A DNA stretch of 64,000 nt from Blasia pusilla. Lineage: Eukaryota. The notes under the pieces were generated by a model. The model ran no database searches. It was not told the DNA's origin and worked only from the letters and a program-made list of their open reading frames with translations. The stretch is from contig CM114271.1 of NCBI GenBank assembly GCA_050084515.1, positions 26,660,001 to 26,724,000 of the forward strand, in the 5' to 3' direction. Every line of letters starts with the position of its first letter. Within the stretch, counting starts at the first letter, position 1. Made by a program: the position numbers and the translations under genes. Below are positions 11,410 to 24,670 of the stretch, in pieces.

Positions 11410-14400
11410 GCGTGAGAGTACCATTGACATAGAAGAGGATGAACATTGAACACTCCAACTTTCTTGGCCGCTCCCATTTTGGAATTAAAAGTTGGTTTAA
11501 ACATATGCGCTCGCGCTTATAAAGTCCTCCTCCTCTCTCTTCTATCTTCCACCCCTCTCGTCTAGGCTCGCTCCTCCTGTGTGTTGAGCTATTTTGTCCT
11601 TGGTGACTGATTGATGAAAAGAAACCTCTTTGGTTGAAGAAGATAATTCCTAGAATCACCTTACACTTATTGAATCATGTAGGTTTATAGAATTAAGTGA
11701 ACTGAAAGGATTCAAACTCTCAACTTTGTACCGTCTACAAACAAGTTACTCACAAAGGGACGAAGATTGACCAAGCGTGAAATTCCTTGAGGAATTGAGA
11801 GACACTTGAAAGTTTTAACTTACAAAATCCGAAATTGAAACGTAGCAATTTAGAAATTGCAAGAGGGAAAACTAGAGGGTCGGGGGAGATTAATTACTTG
11901 TTGATAAAGGACACATTTGTTGGTATCTAATTGAGTAGTAATCGATAAATATCAAACCACGTTAGGGTATCCCAAGCTTAGATTGCAATTTACAAGATTA
12001 GGGTTCCACAATGGAATTTGAAATGTTGTAGTTTTGATCTTTCTTCACACATTAACACCCCACATCGATCTTATACAATATCAAATATTCAATGGTGGAC
12101 TTAGTAGCAAGAATTCATAGAATCATGAAAAATCATGCGAAGCTCTGAGTTGGGCAGGGCAGCAAGTTCAGTACGATTGTGGGGATTTGGGCATGAGAAG
12201 AAGTCTGAACGTTGGCAAAGAGAACATGGCAAGAGATGTTGTTGGGTACACATCCATCTCCCTCTACAAGATCACAGAATTGGATCGTAATAAAACTAGT
12301 GTAAGCGATGCATGGATTAAAATTACATCCATTAATTTTAAAAGTTTTATTTTAAATTAATTTCAAAAAAATTTAGTGGCTCAAAAAACAAACAATCCTA
12401 TTGGAGCAAAATTTGCAAAATGAAAGGGCATTCTCCAATAAGAATATTAATACAGATTACGGACTCCTTCTATCCAACCCCGTAACCTAATTTTGAGACA
12501 CCCTACTTCAACATCCGGCCCTACTAGTTAGTATGCCTGTGCTTGAGCAAAAAAAGGTTTTTTTTAATAATTTAGAAATATTTTTCATTTCAAAATCTAA
12601 AAATAAATTTCACTTAAATCTAAAAATAGAAATAACCTTTCACTTTTGTAAATAATTCCACTCTTAGATTAAAATTTAAATATTATCCGACTCCCCTAAA
12701 TAATTTAACCCCTCCATAAAAGTTTAAACAATACTTACTATTGCCTTTCCATTGTTCTCATTAAAATAACATCCACTAACTAAATCATTATTTAATTTTA
12801 ATTAATAAAATTATTTTATTTTTGAATTAAAATTTATTTTATTTTCCCAAAAGATCAAATCTGAATAAACACAGTTTTTTAATAATTAAACTCTTTTAAA
12901 ATTAAAGTTTTATTATAAAAATTCAAATATAGATTTTTTACTAAGATATAATAACATTCCACTCTTCACTCCTTGATTAAAATTTAAATAATACCCCAAT
13001 TTCCTAGATAATTCCAATTTCCATAAAGCTTAAAGAATACCTATATTTTCCCTCTTTTCTTTCCATCAAAATAAATTTATTATTTATTTTCAATAAATAA
13101 GATTATTTTCCTAGTCTATTAAAATTTATTTGATCTTCCCATCAAATATGAATTAAGGAATCTCAGTTTTTTCCTATTATCCCATTGTTTTATCTTATTG
13201 TATAAATATAAAATTCCCATTATATTATTAAAAATAAGATATTGTAAAACACCATTTTTTCATTCAAATTTTATTCTCATTAAAAAAATGTAAAAAAATA
13301 TCACTATTTTATTAGAATATCCCAAATTATATATTATTATACATATTAATATAAATATTCGTACTATTAATTTAGTTATTCCATTAATTATTACATTTAA
13401 AATCTAAAATGCCATCCTATTTTAATAATATAAATAAAATCCAATTGACTTTGAGACCCCTACCGTGAAATGGCGTCCGATTACACCTTTCTCTCCGACG
13501 GGGTTAGAAGCCGAAGTCTTACGGCGTCCTAAATGAGACGCCCTAACGTGGGCGCCACGCGGTAGGAGAAGCGGAGATGTGTGTGGGGATGAACCTTCGC
13601 ACGCCTTAGTGCGTGTCGTGCTTGAGTGCCAGCCCGGATTTGAAAATGTGGTGGACGGAAATGAATAGGTGCAGGATCACGGCACATGCGCGAGTGCGCC
13701 TGAGACGTATTCGCATTCGACGATTTTGACTCCTACGGTACGAGCTCGCTTTCAATGCGAGAATATCAAATCTTGAGCGCAGTGCAGGTTCAGAACTGAA
13801 CATCAAATTGCGGGCGCATATCAGTTACGATACATGTAGCACTTTTCTAAAGCCAGGATGGCATAGGATACCGAATGGACAAATTTAGAATCTGCCACGT
13901 ACCAAATCTTTGGCTCACGACATCTCTGAGGACATCACCGAGTACCCCGACGATACTGCGATTGATGAAAGATGATTGTGATGGAAAACCCATCGGAGCG
14001 AGGGGACTCAAAGAGTCAAAACCTGAAGGCCACTGCGATTGTGAGAACCGGAGCGAGAGACTACTCTAGCAGCCTTTGTGAGCGTTCGTTGGGAATTGCG
14101 ATGCGGCGATGGACCAACTTCGGCAGTGCTCGCGGCGAGCCTTAATGAGGCCCGAACAAGGAAGGATAAAAGTATGTAGAGAGTCCATAGTATATACATA
14201 TGGCCGTTAGATCTCACACTCAAATTATACGACTCGAACACTTGGGCGTGCTCGAGAGGGCGCTCGGGACTTGAAGATGAGAGAGTCTAGGGATATCACC
14301 CGTGGCCGCTAGATCCATGGTGGCGGCGGCCGCTCTGACCTCCGAGGTGCTTTCGTCTTTTCTCTTCTCTTCTATTCTATTAATTATTAGTAATGCCCTG

Positions 14401-14648
14401 TCCATCCGTTTCCCCTTCTGTTGAGAGTCGAGACTCGAGAGCGAAGCCCAGCGTACGTTCATGAGTGTGCCACGGTGAACGAGTCGTCGGAGAGAAGAAG
14501 GATAGCGGGGTTTATCGAGAGGGGAGATGTCCCCGTGTACCCCTATCCGTGAATCGATCCGGATTTGCGAAGTACCCTCTGCCCTACGAAACGGTTGGCT
14601 GTTTTGTGCGAATCTACTCGGTCGTTCGTGTACAATGCCTACACGCTA

Positions 14649-15135
14649 CACGTGTCAGGAAGGAAGGAAGGGAGGAAACGAAGAAGGTGTGGTCGGCGAT
14701 CGGATGTGGATTTTCTTGCTCTCTTCGCTTACCCATCAAACAGTATCCATTTTATCCCCTTGCAGGGTTCGTTTTCCCACTAGCAGTTTCCGCCCGTGAC
14801 GCACCACCATTGTCAACCGTCCGTTCATGTAACTCTCCCACGATCACGGAGATGAACGCAGGCCCTCGGTTCCCGCCATTTACGTGACCCGCCTTTTATG
14901 CCAGTTCCGGGATCATTGATGAAGTTCGACGAACTGCTCTTATGAATGTAGCCGACAGTAGCTGCGTTCCACGCTAGGCTTCCCACTTGGGTATACACAC
15001 GTCGGCACGCTGCGTGTGCACCCAAGTTCCACGCGTCACGAGAACTTCAGTCTCTTCCCATTGCCGCAATCCACGCGTCAAACGTCTACTCCACCGTAGC
15101 CCTGTATGGCACGTGTACGAACCCACCGTTCACGT
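14649..15135. promoter_or_regulatory. Cluster of G-box/ABRE, CE3-like and DRE/CRT motifs
   Basis: CACGTG at 14649 and 15110; TACGTG at 14881; CCACGCGTCA at 15029 and 15071; GCCGAC at 14951 (+), 14692 (-) and 15001 (-). Confidence 0.45.
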
Positions 15136-18100
15136 TTCGCACGGTCCCGCGCACATCCCAGTTCATGTTTCAGCACGCGGCTCGATGTTTGGGTCAGGCC
15201 CATTAGGGGGGGTGTCAAGGCCCGGATGGCCCGAGCGTCCACTCTCCTTGGGAAGGAGGCGGGAACTTTGCGAGTAGACTATCCGAAATAAAATGAACTA
15301 GTAAAATGTTTTCTCCGGAAATGAAATTATTAATCATGATGACTAGTTTACATGTGTACATGAAAACTACTGAATACCATCTCCGTTTGACATGGGAGAG
15401 AAAGTAAATAATAAATAAATGTGAAGGATATGTGAATAATCTTAATGGAAAAGAAAAAAAAAAAGGGAATGTATGTAAGTGTTGTAAATAGTTTTTAATT
15501 TTTTATTAAAAAAATGTACGTGCACACGACATTAACCTCATGAGATATCAATGAAGCCCGCTCAAATGCAACCATGTCATTTGATCTCCTCGTTGAAATT
15601 TTTTTGCATATTTCTCTGACCAAAAATTGCATTTAGTTAGAAGTTTCAAAATCGAATTGCAATGTAAGTAAAAGGCATTTATAGAAATAGACCACATACA
15701 TACTATTGTGCATTTCTAAATTCGCAGAAACCATAATGGAGTTAAAATGAGATGGCATATGCAACCCTCTTGATGTGTTGGTGCCTTCATCATCACTCAC
15801 CTAAACATCTACAATAGACTTCGCCTCAACCTTAAAGTCGTACTCCTTGGGAATCACGTACAAAACATAGCGTGGGTCCGAGTACATAGTATTTCCAAGT
15901 TTGAATCTCCATTCCATGCCGCTTTACAGACCCACCAAAGTTGATAGTTAGAGCATGCCTCACGGGTTCAAACATACAAATCTAAACCATAAAGGAACTG
16001 AACGTAGAGGTTCTACAAATCCTCTATCACTCATACCAAACATCAAACTTTCGTAGAAATTTATACAGCTCAATCTTACCCATAATTTATGGAATTTTCC
16101 TCTAGCCCCTCATGGACTCATGCACCTTATCCTTATTATCATGTAACAACATGGTGACAACACATCTTTAGCATCAACGAGTCTTATATTCCCACATATC
16201 AATTTGGATGCTTGGACTCTTCCAACAACACCACACACTCGAACATCTAAAGTATTAGATCGTAACGCAATCGTGAGTTTGGAACGTGCTCCACATATCA
16301 CATGGCTTTGCATCAAGAGGGGCACAACCCACTCAAGCAATGGGTTGCAATTTCCATGCAATCATTGGTTCATGTGTATACTTCTTGAATGTGTCTACAC
16401 TGGTGCCCCAACAAGCACTTACTCAAAGTACCTTCAATTTTAGCTTTATTAATTCAGTTGGATTGCCACTATTTATACCCCACAAGCTAATAGCTTTGGT
16501 TATCATGAGTTGGAAATTCCCATCATTTATTTTTATTTTTTTGTTCTTTTCACGTGTCTCCAATCAACCTTGCTTCTTCTTAAATATGAACATACTTCTC
16601 CATTTTTTATCATTGCCAGACCCTCCATGCAATGTAGTTGATATGTCCCCAATTCAAAAAAAAATTTAATCAACTATAACTAGCAACAAATTATCACGTG
16701 CTTGTAATCTAGTTGCACCAATATCTTGAGTCTATGGGAATGCCATCGTGATATAAACATATGAATACAATGCTCATTAACTACTCCATTGTGAGCAATT
16801 CCATTTAAAAAAAAATTTATGTCTAAGTTTATGGATTTCATGCAAAAGGATGAGCCCAACTATGAAGTGGTGAGTGTAGAAAATTGCTAAAAAAACATGA
16901 CTAATGAAATACAACTCACACACATACCACCATAGAGAAACAAATTTTGTAATGAGAGAATGAGTGGGATCTGGTTCCCTTCTCAATTATATAGAATATG
17001 TACAAGAAACCCTAAACCTAACCATAACCATAATCTTAAGTTATATTAATTATGGTTAACTAATCCTGGTTAAGATAATCTTACTTAACTTACTAACACA
17101 GATTAAGCTTTCCTACTTTGTGTGAATATTGGATAGAGCAATTCGCACGTGCAATAAGTTTGACTACAACTTAATCTTAAATATCCCTTGAAGTTCATAT
17201 CGATATTTCTAACACCTAAATAATTTCTAAAAATCCTAATATCATTAATTTGCTAATTTGTGGTTATGTATACAAGGTGAATTTCTCATGCAAGCATTTT
17301 CTCTCTAATAAAGTGGCAATGCCTATCTATATGTTTTGTTCGAGCATGAAACTCATGGTTATTAGCAAGCTTAATACTATTAAAAGTTTTTGCATCTATT
17401 ATACTAGGTATTGAGTTACTAATACCAATTTCAATAAATAATCGTAGAAGGCACATGGCCCTATATGTTCCATTTGTTGCTCCTCTTTACTTAGCTCCTA
17501 TTAAAGATAAAGCAATTGTAGGTTTCTTTTTTGAAGCCCAACTTATATTTATGCTTCCTAAGATGAAGGAATAATCATACATAGAATTTAATTAAATACA
17601 CTTCATGTCCAATTAGCATATGTGAATCCGTGCAACCATAAACTCAAAGAAGTTTCAAATTGAAGCCCAAATTGAAGAGAGAATTTCACATACCATGTAA
17701 TCCTCCTCACAACATTTAGGTGAGATTTATGAGGTTCTTGCATGAACTAGCTCATTGAGCCAATTTTATAGCTTAAGTTTGGACAAGTTATATTCAGATA
17801 GATCAACTTCCAACCATACATATGGATATATTAGAATCTGCAATCAACTCTTCTTCGTCTACTCTTAAATTAATATTTTGGTCTAATGACATAGAGATTA
17901 GATTACAAGCCATTATACAATATTTTGAAAGTATGTGATTCAAGAGTATATTACCGTTATAATAACTATATATTTTCTCCAATCTTGATAAACTTAATAA
18001 CAATGAAGCACTTGAGTTCTCCTAAATCCTTCACATCAAATTCTATCTCTATCTTTAGCTGAACTCGTTGTACCATATCCTCAATACTCATATTAATAAA

Positions 18101-18161
18101 ACCATCACCAATATACAATATCCTCTCAAGATATATAGCAAGGAATTAGAATCACAAACCC

Positions 18162-18826
18162 TATTCGCTAAGGGAACGTCGTCCGCATGTGTGATCCTCT
18201 CCCCGAACCCTCTGGATCAACTAACACTACTTGTAATTGTTGCCAACGTGGTCACCGTATCCTCACGTGGTCGACCACCACTACTCCATGCAAACTGCAC
18301 CGATAAATGACTCACCCGGCCTAAAACTCCACCCATGAATCTACATTGGCATATCGAACCACATCCACCCTCTGGTATGAGGGAATCCGGACGCTAGCAC
18401 CTTAACTCCTACACATCCACACACGTCTATGCAAGAGACGTTCTCCTAAGGCTCAACATGAGAAAGATGGCTTGAGAAAGCCATCTCTCTCACTCTTATA
18501 CCCTTGGGAAGAGCCAAAAAGCTCTTCCCCCAAAAATAGCCCTACCAACGGTAGCCTATGTACACAAGTTACCGGATGACCGTTGACTCGGTCAATGGGT
18601 CACCTGACAGACTAAAACCAAAATAGGGCAATCTCCATAAATAACGTTCCCAACACAACGGACCTGTCGCCAACCTCATCCGACATCTCGTGACGAAGTT
18701 ACACCTAAAAACCCGTTGACTCTCCATGTCGTCAATGTGATAGAACTCTACTTACGTCAAAGTAAGATGTGACAATAGCCCTTGGCTCTAGCCTAGGCTA
18801 CCAACCCAACTTTGTATTTCCTAACA
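18162..18826. mobile_element. LTR-like insertion inside copia copy 2
   Basis: Interrupts the alignment to copia copy 1. AATCTACAT...ATCCA...ATGAGGGAAT...GGAC...CTCCTAC is shared with ~1550-1625. Ends in ...CTAACA. Confidence 0.6.
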
Positions 18827-20846
18827 ATACCATCTTGATTACGCTTGCTTGACCTTGTAAATCGATGTGGAACCAATAGCTTTCTTATGAAAAGGTATAT
18901 CAACAAGCTCTTCCTCTATAACTTTAATCTATTTCACCTTGTATGCAACTTCTTCAAGATAACTAAATTCTTGTTCTTAAAAGAAAATCATCATATATAT
19001 GGATAATCTATTGCAAGAAATCCTTAATTTATGAGTCTATAAACATAATATGTGACTTTAATTGTTCTACGAAGTTGTTTCTTAGAGGTAGATGCCTCTA
19101 ACAGTTGACTTGAGGTGTAACTAGTGTTAAGAGAACAAATAGGTACTCTTCCCAACCATGAATTGACATATTTAATTGAAGAGTGTAGGACCTCTCCTGC
19201 CCCTGTACTAGTACATGGGAATATATAAGCAATATTTGCTAGTTTATAATCATATTTTTCCCCTCAACAAATATATTTAGAGGTAGAAGGGATTCAGATG
19301 GAGCATATCATAACTTTGGAAAATAATATTGCGACTAATAATAAGGTGTCTATAAGATGGAATGTAGCAATGATATCCCTTACTTTCATTTGCGTAGCCA
19401 ATGAAGATATATCCCTCAGACTTTGGAATCTAATTTGTGATGTTTATGAGAAGGAAGATGAGGATAACAAATACAAACAAAGACTTCCAAGAATGAGAAA
19501 TCGAATTTACTTCGTGCGAAGACTTTGAATGGAGCCTTATTTTGAACTCTTCTTATTGGACTTCGGTTGATTAACAAGACCTCACTCTTTACAACCTATG
19601 CCCAATAAACCTTAAGTATGTTCATCTTATTCTATTGCCTATGTGTATTTAATTCTATCACTTACAAGAGTGACAACATGAAAGCCCCCTTCAAGATAAA
19701 GCTTGCTTAAATACTTAGGCTATATTGTGATGATTTACACATATTATTATGGATCAACTCCAATATATCTTAAATGCTCTTTTACTTTGCTTCAAAAATA
19801 GAAATCTAGCTTGTTTTTCAACTTGGATAGCAAGGCATATCTCTAACATAGTAGGTTTTGATAATTAACAAAGTCTTATTAATATATTAGAGGATGAAAG
19901 ACTATTTAGTCTTGAAAGATTCATATGCCCAATTCTATTATGCCACACACCAAGATCTGTGACTTGTTGGCTAACCGTCGTAATCACTCAATTTTTATAC
20001 TACTAAGTCTTATCTATCCAACTAATTAGGATTTTATATAGGAGGAGGAAAACCCTATTCCCATGGATAAATTTTCTCAAGAATTCCTTTGATACGTCAG
20101 ACCATGAAGTTATTGCTAACACCATTAGGTCTACTTTGATGACTAGCCTTATAGTTTCCTTAACCTTGGCTAGTTTGAGCATATATTAATGTTTGAATCT
20201 CTAGCATAGAAATTTATAGTTTAAATGTTATGCTAGATCTTGTTCCTTTGGGTGTTATAGTCTGGTCATCAATTGTTTCAATGAACCAACCATCTTTGTT
20301 AAATTTTATTTGATAATTGGATTCTATTATTTGTCTTTCAAAGATTAAATTTATTGTAATGGTAGGAATATAGTAAACATTTCCAAGAGCACAAAAATCA
20401 TTTGATACTTTTGGAACTTTACCGCTATGCATGATATGATGTTGTGTATCATCTCTTGCGAGCTTATTGCTAGGTCTTTCATTGGCTTCATTCTATTGAA
20501 CCATTTAGCTTGCGAGGTCATGCATGTGATTAGATGCATCAGAATCGATGTACCGATCTTCTATAGAGTCTTTCTTGACCACATTCCTCCCGTGTGATAA
20601 ATCATAGCCAAAAGATGCTAAGTTTGTGATTTTATTTTTTTTATATTGCACCTGGTGTTGCTGTTCCACATAGTTTTGTTGTTGTAAGACTCTTGTTCTC
20701 ATATCTAATATCTACCTTCTTGAACCAAAACTATGCATAGTGATCCTTCATCTCACAATACTTGCAAGGTTGAGGGACCCTATAATGGTGATCTTGATCC
20801 CAATATTTTGCCATCATCACATGTAATTGTGTTTGATATTAATTTA

Positions 20847-20956
20847 TAAGATTGCATGTGGAAAAAGTTCGTATCCATGGACATGCCCAAGTCTGTGGGC
20901 TTACCTCCATCCGTGTTCGTCTTAGGGACGGACTTGTTCGTTTTTATGCAACCATG
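20847..20956. mobile_element. hAT-type MITE, copy B (internally deleted), inserted in copia gag
   Basis: Ends TAAGATTGCA...TGCAACCATG, flanked by TTAATTTA/TTGGTTTA. The homologous site in copia copy 1 (~5053) has a single TTGGTTTA. Confidence 0.85.
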
Positions 20957-23849
20957 TTGGTTTAGAGTTGACTGAGTGAAGTTTTGTTAAATGTCTCTTC
21001 CTCCATATCTTTGATATTTACCATGATCACGAAAGCTTCTACATGACCTCTATCTTTATTGGATGTCATATTTGCAAATAGAGCATTCTCTTGTATATTA
21101 GGCAAGCTATTGATGTTGACTAGGCGCATCTCCTCACTAATTCACAATAGGACTAACTTTGAAAAGGTTGGATAATTCTATCTCATAAAGATAGAGCTTT
21201 CAAAAGATTTGTTAGCAGTTGGAAAGACCTTGAAGACTAAAGATAATTAACTCATCTTCTATAGTTATTGCAATGCTATTCAATTGATCAACAATATGCA
21301 TGTCTAATATTCAAAAAATATTATTGATGCTTTGTGATCCTTTCTTTATTCCATTTAATTTTGTTGCAATTGAAGCTTTTCGGCCTTTGAAGATAGTCAT
21401 AGCAACTTCTCCAACACATCAGAGATCTCCTTCGAAATCTGAAAATCTTGAATGGGACCAATCATTGACAAGTTATGGTCCAAAATATAATAAAACCCCA
21501 AACGCTAGTCACGTTCTAAATCCGGTTCTCAACCTCTTTGGTGATCACTTTTCCTAGACTCGACCCCTCTCAAATCTTGGTTTATGTTTGGTTCACGTTT
21601 CCTTAATCACGACCATAAACGCAAGAAGCACTCAACCTTATTTGCATCTTATTTCTTGTATTTCTTTCAAGAGACCTCTCCAATACACAACCATCCTAGT
21701 GTGAGTCTATTAGAGTTTTGATGTTCTTCCTGGGTACACGTTTGGATATGAGGGTCGCAACACTCACCCCTCTTTAGAGATTGATGCCCTTATCAACGCA
21801 AACCTTCTAGTGCTTAGGACCATAACTCGGGGAGTTGGAAGGATGAACGACTCAGACTAGATGAACGTGAGTGTGTTTGGATGTAGATAAACAATGTAAG
21901 AGTGTTCTATTGAACATACGCTTCCGTAACACTTGAGATTGACATTCAAGAGGAGTAGGCGCACGACAATAACGCTCTAAAGCAAATAGATGGAGCCTAG
22001 CATGCCAAAACATTTGCTCCATTGTCGATATAAGAGTTATCCATGGTGATTAATCCTTGCTAGCCCTTCTTAATTACCATTGAAATCCATATCACTTTTT
22101 GGTTATAAGAGAAAAGAAAGCCACCACAACTAAAAACTGCATTGCATGGTTATTGAATTTAATGCATCAAGCAATTGACACATAGATTGGTCCTTGCTAG
22201 AACAAAAAAACTATTTGAATTCAAGCAACAATTTCTACCATTTCTAGAGCAAATAGAAATGAATTTCAAGAGTGAGTCCATTTAGTAACTCTAGGATTTC
22301 ATTTCCCAATCCATCTCCACGGAGCTCCAACAATAAATCAAACAAAGGAAGTCAAAGAAAACTCACATCCAATTGGACGCTCTGATTGTCTCCATCTCAA
22401 TTGGAGCTATCCTTCCACGCAGGTTGGTACTCTTAAGCCATTTGTAGCTATTGTTACCATGCTGGTTGATGTTGGTTTCTGCTTCACCTCTTCAAATATG
22501 CAATACGTAAATCCATCTATGCCATTAAATTTTAGTCCTAAATGGGGAAATGGCAAAAACTAATATATCTCAATACAAGTATGTAGACGTGGCACAACAA
22601 ATTCAATTTTTTCTTGACAAAATAAGCCTTCCAATTGTGGCCATCCCTCTTATTTGCCATACAGTGACATTCTGACGAGCTACCCTTTTTGAGTATGATG
22701 AAAATCATGCTTGGAGAGTCTTGGATGGCTAGTACCACCCTATTTGGGGAGTCTTCTATACCCCCTATTATCCATGGTATATGAAAAATCTTGAGGATCT
22801 AAGGAGGTTGCCCAGAATTAAGGTAAAGGAACATCTTTCAGGTGGTTTTGAATATTTTTGTTTCGCAAAGTAGTGAATAAATTAGAAACTAGAATTTATC
22901 TTAAGGTTATCTTGAGCATAAAAAGCAAAAAAAATGGAAATTTTATAATATAAATGAAATTATAAATTAAATATATATCAGCATTTCAGAGTACCCTTCG
23001 ATTTTCAAACACCTCACCTCGTGACGCTTTTAATTTTTTTGCAATTTTAGTCAATGTTCTTGACTTATTAGAATCGATTTTGGGGGCAACCAAGTAAGGC
23101 GTCGAATTAAGATCTCGATTCAAATTAGGGATGTGATGTGTTTGGGATAGGTTAAAATCGGACAATCCAAATCCAAATGATCTATCAATAAATTTTTCAT
23201 CATATTCATAAATGATTTAAAAATGTTTCTTTAAAGAGAAATAAAATGATCATAAATCATTTAAATAGAAACTATATTAATTTAACATAAAAAATGAAAA
23301 CGCGCTCCGAATTTATTCCCGGGAAAACCTTGCTTATCACGATTTCTGTGTGGGAGGCCGACAAGCATGTCCATAGCGACCCGATTAGTACCAAGAGCAC
23401 GGACTTTAACGTGTCCGAATGTGAGCCTTCCCGAGAAAGCATTGGTCCTTTCGTACCATCGTCTCAACTAATAAGCGAATTGGAGTGCACACTGCACAGT
23501 CCAGCGGGTCTCTCGGAGTCCCCCCACGCAAGACCGTGTGGCGAACGCACCTCACCTGACGAGTGATGAATGAGTGCTGCCGCAACCGATTGTGCGGAAG
23601 GCGGTTCCTTCCTAAGCGCTAGCTAACTAATGACGATTGACGGTCGCGCGCAGTTGGCAGCAAGCCTAAACTTTGGCGGCGGGCGGCTGAGCTTGGTTCT
23701 GCCGGAAGTCGAGTTTACTCTTCCTGGCAACGCGAACAAGGCTGACGCGGGCCTGACGTGCCCTCAGTTGTCTCGTAGAAGTCGGGCCGGGCAGACGGAA
23801 TAAACTTTCTGGACCTGCCGCTCGCTCCCCCGTCCCTGCTCACACGTCA

Positions 23850-23856
23850 CTATAAA
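23850..23856 (+). promoter_or_regulatory. Candidate TATA box for the TIGR01589 gene
   Basis: TATAAA at ~23851 in a GC-rich island, just after CACGTC; would imply a long (~0.8 kb) 5' leader. Confidence 0.35.
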
Positions 23857-24670
23857 GGCCGCACCTACACCGCCAGCCGTAGCAGTTACACATAGGACTA
23901 CGCAAGTGACGCCGGTCTTCTGGAGTCTCGGTGCCCTGCACTGAATATCGTCCATCGCCAACTTGTCGTACTGGGAAACTGAAACTAGACGCTCCCCCCC
24001 GCCTGGACTAGAAAGAAGTCCGCTACATCCTGCCATCAACAACCTGCCTCCATACATTCCCCTGCCGCCTCCCTAGGATTTTTCCCCTAACCACCTAGTC
24101 GAGTACAGACAGTATCGGCGGAGGGAAAAGTGAATCCATTCGGAGAATCGCACTGTAGTTGTCTCTGATGTCCTGGCTTTCGGTACGGTTCTCGTCGCTC
24201 CTCGCGCTACGGCGGCCGTTCTCTGGACATTTGCGTCGCTCTGGTATAACATCCGTCCGCTTGGCGAGGTGTGTACGAGTTGGGTACGCCTGAAGCGTTT
24301 CTACAGATCTACTGCACCGGCGGAGCGATTGCGCATGCAGACAGCGAACTTGGGTCGGATTAGGGTGAAGGAACGAGAGGCTTCTTATGCGATCTGGGAG
24401 TAAGATTTCCTATCAGGCTGAGGAAAGTCGCATCTGGTTGCTGCACTGTGTTAGCCGACCCGAGCTTCCGGCGTTAGTGGAAGATGTTTCAATTGTCGAG
24501 GCGGCTTCTGCTTCCGGAGTTCATCTAGCCCCTGGAATCGTTCCTCGTGCGATATAGGTCTCCGTGATAAGTTCGTAGCGAGGGACTCGTGCTTCCTCGT
24601 CGTTCGGCGGCCACTCCTTGCTGGGGTCGCTTGCGGAAGCTCTTCGCGATCTCGGCACCGGTTGGCAGAA

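Larger units (their letters stand above)
16905..21470 (-). mobile_element. Decayed Ty1/copia element, copy 2, with 3' LTR at ~16905-17180 and nested insertions
   Basis: Collinear with 2930-6152 (gag, protease, post-integrase region). RNase H-like EFHARTKHI at ~17330-17357. Insertions at ~18162-18826, ~19640-20190 and 20847-20956. Confidence 0.85.

Noticed and set aside
12521-12550. Helitron 3' end on the minus strand (GCACAGGCATACTAACTAGT)
   Set aside because: Only one hairpin arm is recognisable and no matching 5' end was found.
14315-14333. Vector contamination suggested by NotI plus Kozak
   Set aside because: No vector promoter, tag, marker or polylinker recognised nearby, and the flanks share repeats with other parts of the window.
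15750-16900. Decayed coding-like sequence (also ~22000-22800 and ~37600-38900)
   Set aside because: Probably TE remnants, but I found no diagnostic motif to assign a family.
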